A stretch of 63,996 bases of DNA, counting the filler, from Kipferlia bialata (lineage: Eukaryota), in assembly GCA_003568945.1 (NCBI GenBank). It is 3 parts of 3 records of this genome, joined end to end, with 100 filler letters (N's around TTAATTAATTAA, not from the genome) between each part and the next. Parts side by side here need not be neighbours in the genome. Positions count along the whole stretch, not along the records: positions 21,746 to 43,319 come from BDIP01000322.1; positions 43,420 to 63,996 come from BDIP01000369.1; 1 more part is not named here. One strand, given 5' to 3'. The first letter of the stretch is position 1. Each line of letters starts with the position of its first letter. Shown here one piece after another: positions 40,297-56,003 of this stretch. A program made the translations under genes and the position numbers. The notes below the pieces were generated by a model. It did not search any database. It saw nothing but the letters and a program-made list of their open reading frames with translations, and was not told the origin of the DNA.

Positions 40297-40470
40297 CTAT
40301 ACACTTCCATACCTGCGTCCCATCTGGCCCATGCCATTGTCACTGTACATTATATATATACATATATATATATATATATCTACAGTATGTACCTGCGTCC
40401 CATCTGGCCCATGCCATTGTGTCTGGGTGGTACAACAGTACATCAAGACCAGAGCCACTGAGGTTGGTAT

Positions 40471-40501
<31 letters not shown>

Positions 40502-40923
40502 CTAGTAGGACATCAAGGCCAAAGCCACTGGGGGGTGAGATAAAGGTATACGGGTATAGACACGAGGATACATACCTCCCACGAGACACCTCTGTATCGT
40601 CAGACTATGAGTATACACATACATGTAACCTATAGTGAATATGGAGAGCGTGTCCATATACCACTCACCCTGTGACCACCATGGCATATGCATCCACCCC
40701 ACTATCCTCATCTGTCCTAGTCATACATATACATATACATATACGCATTTATACAAATATGCACATATAGCCTGTGGCATATATAGAGGGAGTGGGCTTA
40801 TACTATTCAACTTCCTTACCCAGTTACCACCATGGCGTATGCATCCACCCCGCTGTCCTCATCTGTGACTGCAATAGACACAGAGAGGGAACCTGTTCTG
40901 GGGCCGGGAGACACACCTGGGGG

Positions 40924-40955
<32 letters not shown>

Positions 40956-41224
40956 CGAGAGAGAGAGAGAGAGGGAGAGGGAGAGAGAGGGCACCTGTCC
41001 TGGGGCTAGGGGAGACATCTGGGGGTAATTTATATATATAGAGAGAGAGAGGGAGAGGGAGGGAGGGAGAGAGTAAGAGAGACAGCACCTGTCCTGGGAC
41101 CCGCAGAGACGCCTAAGGGTTAAACCATATATACGTATATATATAGTAGTGAGTAACACATGATACTCCAAACACATATATATCATATACATCTGGTATC
41201 CAGCTGCACCCACATGAGTGTGCT

Positions 41225-41260
<36 letters not shown>

Positions 41261-41789
41261 TGTGTAACTAGTATGATAGACTGATGATATCATATACCTC
41301 TGGTATCCAGCTAGTGATTAACGCTAAATGCACATGCATCTGGGTACATATATATCTGGGTATATATACCTCTAGTATCCATCTGCACCCACATGAGTGT
41401 GCTGGCGCATATCCTCCAGGTGTCACTGCACACAGAGTGGTCAGAGGTCTCGCCTAGGGGTGGAGAGAGAGAGAGAAAGAGAGAGAGAGAATAACCGTCC
41501 ACATATCAGTCTCATTAATTTTACTAAACACGCAATCCTATATACACTTAGCGACAGCAAGCGATACATATTGCATCATCTTACCTCCATACACCACGAT
41601 GCAGTCCTCTGTCCAGTGGTCAGACTGGGAGTCAGAGGGGTAGATAACCATATACAGCATACTATATACATATATGTGTAAATACCACTTTAGACAATAC
41701 ACTCACGTATGTGTGTGTGGGCAGTATGCTGGCCACCGCCGAGTGCCGCCTGGAGGGTGCTGCATTGCCAGTGTAGTTAACAGGGCTGG

Positions 41790-41834
<45 letters not shown>

Positions 41835-43173
41835 TCGATGTAATGGACAGGGCTGGTATGAGGGGGGGGAGAGAGAGAACTAGAGTCATGTGTGTAGTGT
41901 ACACTGCTCGTATGAGGGGTGAACGAAACAGAAGGTCATACATGCTAAAATGTTCTGTATAAACACTGCCGTACCTCCATGTGGCTCCCTGGCCCAGAGT
42001 GTAGAGCTCCCAGGTGTCATTGACTGGGGTGAGGGGAAAGCACAGTGGTTAGAACTCATGCTCAATGGGTGTTAAGAGTGTGTGTTTACATTGACGCGTC
42101 CATCCTCTGTCAGCCCCCCAAACACGAATGAGTGCTAGGACTCATTACGTTATTACAAGTAAAACAAGTGTATAGAGTGTATACAAACGTAAAGAGTGCA
42201 TATATATACCCGGTCCATCCTCGGTCATCCCCCCAAACATGAATGAGTGGTAGGACTCATTACTATTATTATACAAGGTATACACGTGTATATAGTGTAT
42301 ATATATACCTGGTCCGTCCTCCGTCATCCCCCCAAACATGAATGAGTGGTATGAGTCAGTCTCCACAGATATGGCAGCCTTACACCTCGCAGAGGGCCAG
42401 GGGCCGTACTTGGTGACCTGATGAATCAGTGACACACCTATGTAGATATATGGATATAGTGTGCGTGTGTATGGATCATCGTCTCCTGTGACACATACAT
42501 ATATATATATGTGTGTGTGTGTGTATCCTCACCTGGAACCACTTGAGGTCTGCTATCTGGAACACCCACAGGTCATTGTGGAGATCGCCTAGGAGTTAGG
42601 GCGTAGGGATATATACATTGGGTATATATATATATATTACTGATACTATTATACTAAATACAATACTCTATCTGGAACACCCAGAGGTCATTGTGGAGAT
42701 CGCCTGAAATTAGCATGAAATATGTTCATAAAGTTCTCATCAAAGTATATAATCATATACGTATTGATGATGGAGTATAGGATACATAGACTACCCACAG
42801 GTCATTGTGGACACCGCCTAAGATGAACACTCGAGTATGTATATTTGATATCATATTCAAGAGATAGAGTTATGGTATATACAGACTATATCAGTGACTA
42901 CTACTATTACTACTATGTATACAATTAAAGCTAGATATAGTATACTCAACATACACATATATATATACTCCACCACATACATACCCTCATCGTCTATGCC
43001 ATCGAACATGGAAGGAGTAGCAAAGGATATACATACATATATAATAACAGAGAGATAAATACTTCAGAATATCCATATACACAAAGACTATACTAAACAA
43101 TATACATACCCTCATCGTCTATGCCACCGAACATGTGGAAGGTGTTACCAAAGGCCACATAGGATGCGTAGGC
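35093..43173 (-). CDS. Type I membrane protein C-terminal part: kelch repeats + multiple Cys-rich PSI-like repeats + TM + short tail (attractin/MEGF8-like architecture)
   Basis: Kelch exons: RAYASYVAFGNTFHMFGGIDDE|GDLHNDLWVFQIADLKWFQ|VTKYGPWPSARCKAA..FMFGG..|VNDTWEL and APSRRHSAVA. Cys modules: CGFCSQNGLC, CRACL..CGYC, CVDQDLCGWC, CASC..QCGWC, CDTC..CGWC, CLLVDDCGWC. TM exon: RLKSLTVVCISLLVIIVVVDAWVWGKR (35611-35702). Stop at 35093. Confidence 0.8.
38858..39295 (-). repeat. Half-exon echo stack around exon 39094-39165
   Basis: 3'-half copies with GT donors at 38975-39021 and 38858-38904; 5'-half copies near 39208-39220 and 39270-39295. Confidence 0.9.
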
Positions 43174-43363
43174 CCTGGGGTCAGAGAGAGGTGGAGAGAG
43201 ACACAAAATATAGATAGACCCTGAATAGAATAAGACTGTGTCAGAATCCTGATAGGAGAGGATATACCTAGCCCCTGGTCCATCCTCCAGGTGCATCTCA
43301 TATACATATATAGACAATTNNNNNNNNNNNNNNNNNNNNNNNNNNNNNNNNNNNNNNNNNNNN

Positions 43364-43375
43364 TTAATTAATTAA
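43364..43375. other. Artificial contig linker (TTAATTAATTAA inside Ns)
   Basis: Same 12-mer and N flanks as at 21690. Confidence 0.95.
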
Positions 43376-43419
43376 NNNNNNNNNNNNNNNNNNNNNNNNN
43401 NNNNNNNNNNNNNNNNNNN

Positions 43420-44269
43420 TGCTATCCACATTTGTTTCTACGTTCCACCCTGCCCACTTGGCACTGTCTCCATCGGCTATCAGCTGGGAGGAATAGTCAT
43501 CGAAGTTACTCGGGGTTAGAGAATTAATGATTGAATATAAGACACATATATATTCATCTATATAGAAAGGGGATATATATTCATCTATATAGAAAGGGGA
43601 CAATATCCAAGAGCTGGGGGGAGTCGTCAAAGGTACTATGGTCACCAGAGAGAGAGATATATATATGGTCGACAGTAGAGAAATTGAGCAAGGAGAGAGA
43701 GAGAGAAATGAGAGAAGTGAATCCACCAGCTATTAGCAGGGAGGAATAGCTAATAATAGCGAAAGAAAGAGGCTTCCAAGAATCTATGAGTAAACACTGC
43801 ATATTACCTAGCAATAGGGAATGATAACCCTCCTGTATCGACACTTGGGAACAGGAACTGGTCCCCGTCTGACTCAATGAGACATGCCACCTTGATGTAC
43901 TTGTTGGGCAGTCTAGTCGTTAGACACATTCAGTGAATACATCATGGAATGGATACACGATTCATGAATGTATGTTCTGTCTGAATGATGTCAGAATATG
44001 GGAGATGAATCCTACATCTTAAGAAACTCCTCTACCTGTATCTCTCCTGCAACATGGCCAGTGGAATAACCACCTCCACGTCATGGGTGTCAGCATCCAC
44101 AGCATACTGCACAGTGCCCACAACCTCTGAGAATAAGGGTGTAGAGGGGGAGAGAGAGAGGGAGAGAGAGAGAGAGAGATGGGTGTCAGCATACTGCACA
44201 GTGCCAACAACCTCTGAGAATAAGGGTGTAGAGGGGGAGATATGTACATATATATATATATATATATAA

Positions 44270-44305
<36 letters not shown>

Positions 44306-45197
44306 CACTATCCACAGCATACTGCACAGTGCCAACAACCTCTGAGAATAAGGGTGTAGAGGGGGAGAGAGAGAGAGAGAGGTACACTCTCGTTAACAGC
44401 ACATAGGATGTATACATCATGATACAACAATTGTACCTATACCCACCCATATCACAATGCTTTGTGGGTTCCCTGTGATCTTCTCTGCCCACAATACACA
44501 TATGTACATGGGCTAGAAAACCAATACGCAATTATGGGGATTCTATATCACTCACCCATGTCGCTATAGTCTGTTGTTGTGCCTGTGATCTTCTCTGGGA
44601 GCTTGAGAAGAGAACCATCAGACACTACATACTGACAGAGCATGTTGGAGCCAGATACTAATAGACCTGGTCTTAGAAAGAGAAAGAGACCCGAAGAGAG
44701 AGATAGAGAGGGAGTATCCAGTTGGACACTGCAGCCATGTATCCCACTCAGAGTATAGAGTGTATACATTCTATAATATATACACACATACCTCTATCTG
44801 TCTCATCCCCATGTCTCCCACTCAGAGGAGGGTATTAAAAATACTATAGTGTAATATATATACACCAGGTGGATACCTCTGTCTGTCTCGTCTCCCAGTA
44901 GGTCCAAATAGAGTGAGTGGCTCCACAGCCATGTCTCCCACTCAGAGGAGGGGGTGAGACCGGTGCTGGTGTGGATGTACAGGCCTAGGGTTAGTAATAA
45001 CATACAGTAGATGGAGTTATGAAGAGAGATAGAGGCATATGACATAGTTTGGCAGAGAGATATCGGGATGGCGAGTCTCACCTCGAACGCAAAAAATTGA
45101 GAGTGTACATGATATATATGCATCATAAGGACTGACTACTCACCTATGTCACTAAACAATATAGTAGCATAATAATACCACATAATAGAAATAATAG

Positions 45198-45228
<31 letters not shown>

Positions 45229-48200
45229 CATACTACTACTCACCTATGTCATCATATGCCACCTCTATGGACTCCACGTATGTGTACACTGTGTGTATGT
45301 CAGAGTCATAGTTGACACCGGCCAGTCTGGTCATCAAGGTATCACTCGGCATTGATGCACCTGGAGTTAGCTAAGTATTCACGCACATATATATGCATAT
45401 ATATATATATATATATATATATNNNNNNNNNNNNNNNNNNNNNNNNNNNNNNNNNNNNNNNNNNNNNNNNNNNNNNNNNNNNNNNNNNNNNNNNNNNNNN
45501 NNNNNNNNNNNNNNNNNNNNNNNNNNNNNNNNNNNNNNNNNNNNNNNNNNNNNNNNNNNNNNNNNNNNNNNNNNNNNNNNNNNNNNNNNNNNNNNNNNNN
45601 NNNNNNNNNNNNNNNNNNNNNNNNNNNNNNNNNNNNNNNNNNNNNNNNNNNNNNNNNNNNNNNNNNNNNNNNNNNNNNNNNNNNNNNNNNNNNNNNNNNN
45701 NNNNNNNNNNNNNNNNNNNNNNNNNNNNNNNNNNNNNNNNNNNNNNNNNNNNNNNNNNNNNNNNNNNNNNNNNNNNNNNNNNNNNNNNNNNNNNNNNNNN
45801 NNNNNNNNNNNNNNNNNNNNNNNNNNNNNNNNNNNNNNNNNNNNNNNNNNNNNNNNNNNNNNNNNNNNNNNNNNNNNNNNNNNNCGAAAGAGAGAGAGAG
45901 AGAGATAGACAGTCTAGTCATGAGGGTGTCAGAGGGCATGGAAGATCCTACAGTAGTTAAGGAATTAGTACACCAATGATAACACAGTAAAATTGCTTAT
46001 CCACTCGAATATGTCCCATCGAGACGAATATAGGAAAAATGGGCACAAATATATTATATACTTTACACATAAATTATATAGTGCCATATACACACTATAC
46101 CTGTCCCATCGAGTGTGTACCCTGACTCCAGAGTGGCATTTAGGGTGACATCGGAGCCAACGGCTAGGGGTCAGATTGAAATGAAGATACAGACTTATAG
46201 TGTGAGTAGTTTACATATGTGTTGATGGTACATATCACAAGGTTAGAGGGGCATCCAGGGTGGCATCTGAACCTACGGCTGGGTGTTAAGGGCAGAGGGG
46301 TTTTGTGAATGATATAGATAGCACACATGCATTATATAGACACATAGAGAGAATGACTATGAGTTATATGAAAATTATCTCCATGAATACACACCTGTGA
46401 CGCCGTCTGTGACTGATACTCGAATGATTATGTATACAAATAGAAATATGTATACTTTACTATATATATACATATATACAGTGTATCCATTCATATATAC
46501 ATGTATATACATCCATACCTGTGACCCCGTCTGTGACTGATACTCCAAAGGACATGGCAGTGGGAGTGGAGATCTGGATATTAAGAGTATATATATAGAG
46601 AGAGAGTGTGTGGATATGGTAGGACGAATGGAAATGACCAAGGAGGGAGACAGACATATACAAATATATATCACTGTCATTGATACACAGTACCTCTCGT
46701 GTGTAGTTGTATGTGAACACATTGTCTGTGTCCACATTGACAGCACTGGCTGGGATGGCCAGAGTGACATCATCTGGTGTGATATACAGATATATATACA
46801 TATATATATATATATATAGTATATACTAATCATATATGTAACTATGTATATATGTATGTATATATGTCACTGGGATGGCCAGGGTGACATCATCTGGTGT
46901 GATATACAGATATATATATAAATATATATATATCTAATATATATATATATATACAGATATATATATACATAGTATATACTAATCCTGTATGTAACTGTGT
47001 ATATATGTCACTGGGATGGCCAGGGTGACATCATCTGAGTATAAGAATATGCTACAATGCCATATATATGTGTGTGTACACTGTTACAATTCCACACATG
47101 TATACAAATATTACTGGCTGGGATGGCCAGGGTGACATCATCTGATATGAGTAATAAAACACTACATATTTTATACATGTATTAATATATGTATTAAGTA
47201 TGTATTTAACAGATGACACTGGTAGGGATGGACGGTGACATCAGCTGGAGTAAGATATGGTATAATCTGGGGACTATCCATGAGAGTGAAAGTGGTGCCG
47301 TACACTACATTCCCCTTCAGTCTGCTCTGTGAGTACATCTTCCACGGTTACGCATATAGTATATACATATGAAATGGATATACTATACGTGTGAATGTGT
47401 CATATACTATGTATACCTTCCCCATCTGTCTGCACTGTGAGTACATACTCCAGTGGGGACATACATATATACTATATACATGTAATATACATACATATAT
47501 ATTCTTACCTTCACCATCAGTCAGCACAGTGAGTACATACTCCAGTAGAGAGGGAGACCCACGGGCAGAGGCCTGGGGGAACTGGACCTTGTATAAAGGG
47601 TGTAGAGGGAGAGAGAGAGGGAGAGAGAGAGCGAGAGCGTAGTATAGAGCATCTACACTTTAGAGAGAATTATAGAATTATAGAATTATAGAATTATGTC
47701 TCTGTAACACTGGTGAAAGTTGCATCCTGGTACCGTGCACTTACTCTATAACACGTAAACAAATGAGAAAATCTCAAAGATACCTGCACACCAGATCCTA
47801 GAGAGAACTCTGCCTCTGTGACACCGGTGAAGTATATATACAAACAGAATGGATACAACACTATATATATATATGTATATATATATATGACTATGTCACC
47901 TGCACTCCAGATCCTAGAGAGAACTGTGCGTCTGTGACACCGGTGAAGGAGGGGGACGAGAGGGGGAACTCGCCTGGATGTAAGTATATGTACACCAACT
48001 CATTTAAAAGTACTCAACATACTATTCACTGCCTCTGCAGTTACCTTTCTCCACATTTATCTCAATGTATATGTATCCATATTTACACCTCTCTCTGCCT
48101 CCCCTGTCACTGTGTATGCTCCCTCTCTCTCTATTTATATATACATATATTCATATATACATATGTAATGTAGTAAACCAACCCCCCTCTGCCTCCCCTG

Positions 48201-48492
48201 TCACCGTGTATGCACACACACTCATTATACATATATATATAAATATGTGCATATATGTGCATACCTCCCTCTGCCTCCCCTGTCACTGTGTATGCACATG
48301 ACCCAGTGGCATCAGGAACAGGGACAAAGCTAGACAGTCCTTGGCATTAGATAGAGAGATGGAGAGAAGGAAAGAGAGAGAGACCCATCGGCATCATAGC
48401 TGGGGACGAAGGCGAGACCTTTTGTAACAAATATAGGTAGGTATATACACTATAAACACTAATCCTGTCTGTCATGTCGTGACTGATTGTCC

Positions 48493-48527
<35 letters not shown>

Positions 48528-48992
48528 CTTAACATACCAGTGACAGAGTCCTTGACGTATATCCTGTCAGTCATGTCATGACTGTCTCTCTCTGTCTCTC
48601 TCTCTCTATATATATACTTAACATACCTGCTGTAGAGTCTTTGACGTATATCCTGTCAGTCATGTCATGACTGTACGTGTCTCTCTCTCTATATATATAT
48701 AAATACTAATATATATAGTAAATACTATGCATACCTGTAGTAGAGTCCTTGACATATATCCTGTCAGTCATGTCATGGCTGTATGTGTCTGTGGCTGTGC
48801 CTCCATCGGTGCCAGTGGTGTGGGTGACATCCAAGTCAGAAAGAACCAAGAAGTAAGCGCCTAAAGTGAGAAGAGAAATTGATATGTTAATCTATATAGA
48901 TATAGATATGTGCCAGGGGTGTGGGTGACAGAGAGGGAGGGTAGCACCAAGTCCAAGAAGTATGCTCCTGGGACAAGACACGTATATATGTC

Positions 48993-49030
<38 letters not shown>

Positions 49031-51938
49031 AATGTGCTAACAACAGAGAACCATATACAGGAAAGAATGTACCTTCACTGCCACTCGTGCAGAATAACCA
49101 CATATATATACATACTATATATACACATACCTTCACTACCACATGTGTCTGTGTCACTGTCGACAGTGGATGCCACAGCGGCATAGCAGATGGAGGTGGA
49201 GGCCTAATACATAAGTAATAGAGAGAGAGAGAGATAGAGAGACACAGCGGCATAGCAGATGGAGGTGGAGGCCTAGAGAGAGAGAGAGATAGAGAGACAC
49301 AGCGGCATAGCAGATGGAGGTGGAGGCCTAATACATAAGGGGTGAAGAGAGAGAGAGAGAGAGAGAGAGACATCTGCATAGCAGATGGAGGTAGATAGTC
49401 AAAAACAATTTGAGACAGAGACCCTACAGTCTTCATACCTCCTTGGCCCTACCAATGTGCTCCAGTCAGACATGTAGCACCATCATTATACACACACATA
49501 TGTGTGTTTCCATATATATATATATATATATATATACCTCGTTGACACTGCCAATGTGCTCCAGATAGACCCCACAGGTGAGGGAGTCCACAGCCCTGCC
49601 ACCACCAGAGCCTAGGGTCAGTATCTAAACAATAATGATACATATGTGTATGTGTGTGTGTGTAATAAGGTATGCCATTGAGTGTATACTACATGTCCTC
49701 TGGCCTACACCACCTACCCTAGGGTGGGAAAGAGGAACACACATTATTGACCATACACTTCATGATAATACTTCTTACGATCTCTTGACATGCATTACGG
49801 TAAACGTATATATACTCTCTGTATTACCTAGGGTTATTGAGATGTAGACCACACACCCCACCAGTACCTCCATCCCCTCCCCTGCTGACAGGGAGACACC
49901 CACACACATATATATACATATATATAGCTAGATAGTACCTACAGATGTCCCGTAGATAACTCCTCTCACTAACACCTCCACCCCCTCCCCTGCTGATAGG
50001 GACACAGAGGGGGCAGGGGGGGAGAGAGAGGCGGGGACAGCCGTCGCATAGCCTGAGGTAAGCCTAATCGAAAAGAGTATATACATATGTATATGTGGAA
50101 ATATATAGAGAGAGAGACAGAGTGACACAGAGGGGGCAGAGAGAGAGAGACGGCGACGGAAGTGGCAAAACCTGACATTAGTATAGTATAATATAGCATA
50201 TTCATACAAGAACCTGTTGTACGCACACATATATATATACCTACAGTGGCCACTTCGTTGTCTGGGTATCTGTCTGGTGTAGCTGATGATCCTATTGTGA
50301 TGTGGGATGACACAACACCAGAGTGGGAGTACAGGGGGATGTCACTAGGCACGGGTATGGTCAGTCTAGTTATTAGATATATATAGAGAGAGAGAGATGT
50401 ATATATATATATATAGATAGAGAGAGTGGGAGTACAGGGGGATGTCAGAGGGGACGGGGATGATCAGTCTAATGGTAAGAGATAGAGAGAAAGAGTGCCA
50501 GTACCTGTGTATGTTGGAGTGTCAGAGATACTGAGCACAATAGTTGGTATGTGGATGTATTGGTATAAGAGACCTTACAGTGTATACATGGAAATATACA
50601 TGGAGTATATATATATGGTATAATGAGCACAAATACGACTCATACCTTGTGTAATCTGTTCCGCCTCTACTACATGTCATGTCTGCCTCCTCTGTACTGG
50701 TGGCTGATGCTATGTACACTATACATATAGTATATATAAGATATATATAATAGTATTTACCTTGTGTATAACACTCCGTCTCTACTACACTGTATATCGG
50801 CCTCCTCTGTACTGGTGGCTGATGCTACCCACTGGGTGGACTCGGTGTTGTCACCCCAGATGGCCTAAAGTCAGTAAGATATATATATATATATATATAT
50901 ATATGTATTAATATATAGAGAGAGAGAGAGAAAGAGAAAGACAGGGATAGTGCACTGTATATACACCGGTATACCAAATCGCCAAGTGGCCTTGTGGGAC
51001 AACAGAATATGTCATTCCTTACACAATGTAGGTAGAATATGTCATTCCTTACACACTATCTGATATACCTAGATATCTATATACACAGCATAACAGTATC
51101 TATAGTCTCTATAGTATATAAAGAATATATGTAGCTCCCACCTCGTCGTATGGGTTCTCTGCCGTGTACCACTGGACAGCGGTACCTAGAGGTTAGGGAA
51201 AGAGGGGAGTCAACTATATACACTTTATATACTAGATATACCACTAATATACACTGATGAAGACAGGAAAGAATGTACCACTGGACAGCGGTTCCTAGAG
51301 GTTAGGGAGAGGATGGGCAAAGGCATGTATAGATACAGATACTAACAATAGTGACTGGAACAGTTCCTCACCTGTAGGTATGCATCCACCAGGGTAGACA
51401 CATTGTATGTATTGTCATATATATAGATAATTACACACATGATCATATAATGATACTAACCTGTCAGGTCTGTGCATAGATACAGTCCGTCCCCGTCCAC
51501 CAGGGCAGGCATGGCCACAATCAGCATGGCAGTGGCACCCCTAATGGGTGAGAAGAGAAAAGACATGGATATGCGCAATCTAGATGTAACTATGATTCGT
51601 ATACGAATATGTATTTGAAGAGATACACAATATTCAAGGTGGCACCCGTAATGGTAAGAAGATAGGACATATCAATTAATGTATATATCCATATATGAAG
51701 ATAGAAAGAGTGTGTCATACCTATCATCCAGTCCTCCCCTTGTGCTCTCGTTGGGCTGGAAGAAGAGCCTGGGGTGAGAGAGATAGGTATACAATGATTC
51801 TATTCCTCTTTTATAACTATAAATACATATACATATATGTGTCTAGACCTCACTGTCTCTCCATGTGCCTCTCCCAATAGATTGGCACGGAGAGTATGCC
51901 TTCATAGATATATATACATGCACTATACTTACATACAT

Positions 51939-51973
<35 letters not shown>

Positions 51974-54900
51974 TACCTCATTGTCTCCCCCTGTGCCTCT
52001 CCCATGGTATTGACACACATAGGTCATATATACACTAGGCATATATACACTACATGTATACCTCATTGTCTCCCCCTGTGCCTCCCCCAGTGGGTTGGCA
52101 TGGAGGACAAGGTCGACGGTGGGGTCAGTCCCTATTATTAGAGAGACATATGTATATAGAAGGTATATAACAGAGAGAGAGAGAGAGAGAGAGAGATTGC
52201 ATGGAGGACAAGGTCAAAGGTGGGGTCGGTGCCTAGGGATAAGGGTATGATAGTATATACTATGAGAGAGAGAGAGAGATACAGATTGACATGGAGGACA
52301 AGGTCCAGGGACGTAGAGAATAGGGAACATTCGCAAGAGAGAGAGAGAGAGAGAATGAAGTCGATATCATCATTACCTTCCATGTACAATGTTGATGACA
52401 TGAAGGGTGATATCTCGTCATCGGGATCAGTCAGAAGCGTCTGAGCATAGAAGAGCGTTTCAGACGCCGCAGAGTCTTGGAAGAAGAGGCTCCGTATGGC
52501 AGTGTTCTGTTCTTCATTGCCTTGGATGAGAATAGAGAAGCATTACGACAATGCGTGACACTTATGCACAACCAGTAGGAAGTTTCCCCATCTGTTCACA
52601 CTGGGGTTTCAAATAAAATATACATGCCAAAAGATGGACCACTCTCCCCATCCCATCTAACCTGTAACATGGTGATCTCTCTCTCTCTCTCTCTCTCTCT
52701 CGGTATAAGTATATACACTATGTAGGTATACATACCGAATGAGGGACCAACACGTCCTATCCCGTCTGAGCTGTACCCAGCTGCACTCTCTGCCCTGACA
52801 GACACATGGAGGGAGAGACCATCAAGATCTATGTCTATCGGTTAGAACGAATGCATATATGCGTGTGATATATACTATGTTAATATATACTATCTAGTGT
52901 GAGTATTGTAGACAGTAGCGTAAATACCGTCTGGATATAGAGGGAGCGGCCAATGGACGAGGATATTTGTTTGCAGAGAGTATCCATATACATTTACATA
53001 CCGTTATGGAAGCACACTGAGTATGCCAAAGGTAGAGAGTCAGCTCTGTAGTTGGGGTGGGAACTGACAAGGGCCTGGTGGGTTAGATAGATGAGATACG
53101 GAAGACATATATACATATATACATAGAGAGAGAGTCAGCTCTGTAGTTTGGGTGGGAACTGGCAAGGGCCTAGTGAGTTAGACAGATAGGAGTTACACTA
53201 GATCCATACACACTAGTTCCATTCTAGATCCATACACAATGTAAATGGGAACAGGAATATGTATCTCCTAGGCACACTCATTATAGAGAGAATAGAGTAT
53301 TCAGAGTATACAAAGCTAGAGCCGATACCTCGCTCCTTGGCATTGCGACAGGAAAGAGTAACAACATATAGGGAATATATACACATGAATCCTACTACGT
53401 TTGCATAATCATTATACATACCTCGCACCTTGGCATTGCGACAGGAAAGAGTAACAACATATATTCAATATATACACATGAATCCTACTACGTTTGCATA
53501 ATCATTATACATACCTCGCTCCTTGGCACTGCGACAGGAATGACATCTGGGGCCAGGATCCTAGGGTTAAGGTACGCATAGGAACACACACACGCATATA
53601 TATATATATGTATAAGAATATTAATTTAGAGACAGAGAGAGATACAGAGTAATGGTATGACATCTGGCGCCAGGATCCTAGGGGGTCAAATAAGGCATTT
53701 ACAACAAAATCAAATAGTGGCGGAAGTGCGGTAAGACTAACCATGTGGATATGGACGCATCAGCATGTGCTAGAAGTAGTAATATACACATGTACCTATA
53801 TACAGATACCTCTTTATGATCTGCCACTGGTATGACAGACTCTGAGGGCATACATAAACACACATACATAATATACATACGAAGATCTATATATATTTAC
53901 ATATACCAACCTGTAAATGGAAATCTCTTCGTCTGCCGCTGGTATGACAGACCCTGACACAATATATACATATAGACGGTGTACATACGTTGTATATATA
54001 TATATAATAGTGAATATATATACCTGTAAATAGATGCCTCTGTGTCATCTGCCGCTGGTATGACAGACCCTGACACTAGGCCATCATCCAAAAGGGAGAA
54101 GGACTCAGAGGTGTCAAACTGCAATAAGGGTGTAGAGAGAGAGAGAGAGAGAGAGAGAAGGACTCAGAGGTGTCAACCTACAATAAGGGTGTAGAGACAA
54201 AGAGAGAGAGACCTGTCAACACCTTTGTCTTGGACAGGTGTCTGTCCTCTGTGATATAATAGATATGATACACAATACATACCTATATAGATTACCATAC
54301 ATGTTAATGTATTTGACAGGATATATATATATTATGATATATATATACATACCTTAGTCTTGGACAGGTGTCTCTCCTCTGTGAGGGCAGGGGCAGAGGG
54401 GTCTGGATAGTTAGATGAGTTCTAATTAATAATGTATAGTATACATTTTGTAGATACGGGTTTATATGTATGTATATATATGTGTCTGTCCTCTGTCAAT
54501 GCAGGGGCAGAGGGGTCTGAAGAGTTAGAATAGACATAATTGTATATACACACACACAGTCATATACGTGTCGTAATAAATGTATGTGTGAATATGCCTG
54601 TCTCTGTGAGGGCAGGGGCCGAGGGGTCTGGATGTTAATGCATGTACAATGAATAAATATACACATATATCTCTAAATGTTTGTATATATATGTATGTAA
54701 CTATGAGGGCAGGGGCACAGGGGTCTGAAGGTAAGGTATCCACTCACTTATATATGTACATAATATGGTTGAGAACATACATGTATATGAGCATATGTAT
54801 ATATATGTGTCTCTGTGAGGGAAGGGGCAGAGGGTTCTGGGGAGTTAGACACATATACTGATATGAATATGTGTGTGGGTGTATGTAACAGTATATACAT

Positions 54901-55434
54901 ATGTAACTACCAGTATATACATGCGTTCGTGTATATATATGAGGGAATGTATATGTATGATATGTATGTGTGTTCCTACTCTGGACATACAGATGTTGAA
55001 TACCGTTATATACCTTGCAAATATATACTCTTGCCCTCATCAATACAAATATCCACTATACATAGCAATTATTATACAACATACCTACTAGTGTCATGTA
55101 TATGTTATATGCTGTCCTGTCCCTGGCATGTATCAACTCTCTCTCAATCACTACACACACATATATATACATAACTACTTACCTAGCAATGTCATATACA
55201 CATTGTAAGCTGTCCTGTCCCTAGCATTGTGGGCTGTGTTGAAGGAGACAGTGATACACCTGGGTATCAGGGGGTAAAAGGATACATATGCATATGCAAT
55301 TATTCAAATATTACAGAATGCACACATATATTGAGTATGGTATGGTAATGTTTCACTATATATACATATATACCTATCATCCGATGACTCTGTCTCATAC
55401 TCTGCCTCCTGGTCTGTGGATAGGGACCCATCCA

Positions 55435-55470
<36 letters not shown>

Positions 55471-55895
55471 CTATATACTATATATATACTACACTATACA
55501 TATTACCTATCGTCTGATGACTCCGTCTCATACTCTGCCTCCTGGTCTGTGGATAGGGACCCATCCACTATCTCTCTATTTCTCTATGTATATACTATAT
55601 ATATACACTACACTATATATATCTATCTACACCTATCATCTGATGACTCTGTCTCATACTCTGCCTCCTGGTCTGTGGATAAGGACCCATCCACTGTCCT
55701 GACACCACCAATCAGAGAGAGGGCACCACCTAAGTTAGCTATGAACATTGAAACATCCAACGCATCTATTGCAACAAAATAGAGTCTTGACACCCTCTAT
55801 AAAGAGACAAAGCGCCACCTAGAAATTACACTTAGGAAATATACATATATATATATATATATAGAATAGATACATCTATTTTGGCTATAGAATAG

Positions 55896-55928
<33 letters not shown>

Positions 55929-55972
55929 ATAGATATATAGAATATATATATAGAATAGATTTATATATAAAT

Positions 55973-56003
<31 letters not shown>

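Noticed and set aside
45352..45960. Long ORFs in the track across 45.4-45.9 kb
   Set aside because: They consist almost entirely of N-derived X residues.
55288..55782. Plus-strand ORF with repeated SSDDSVSYSASWSVD
   Set aside because: It is the antisense reading of a minus-strand exon (GALSLIGGVRTVDG...) and its two 3' echoes; the splice signals are on the minus strand.
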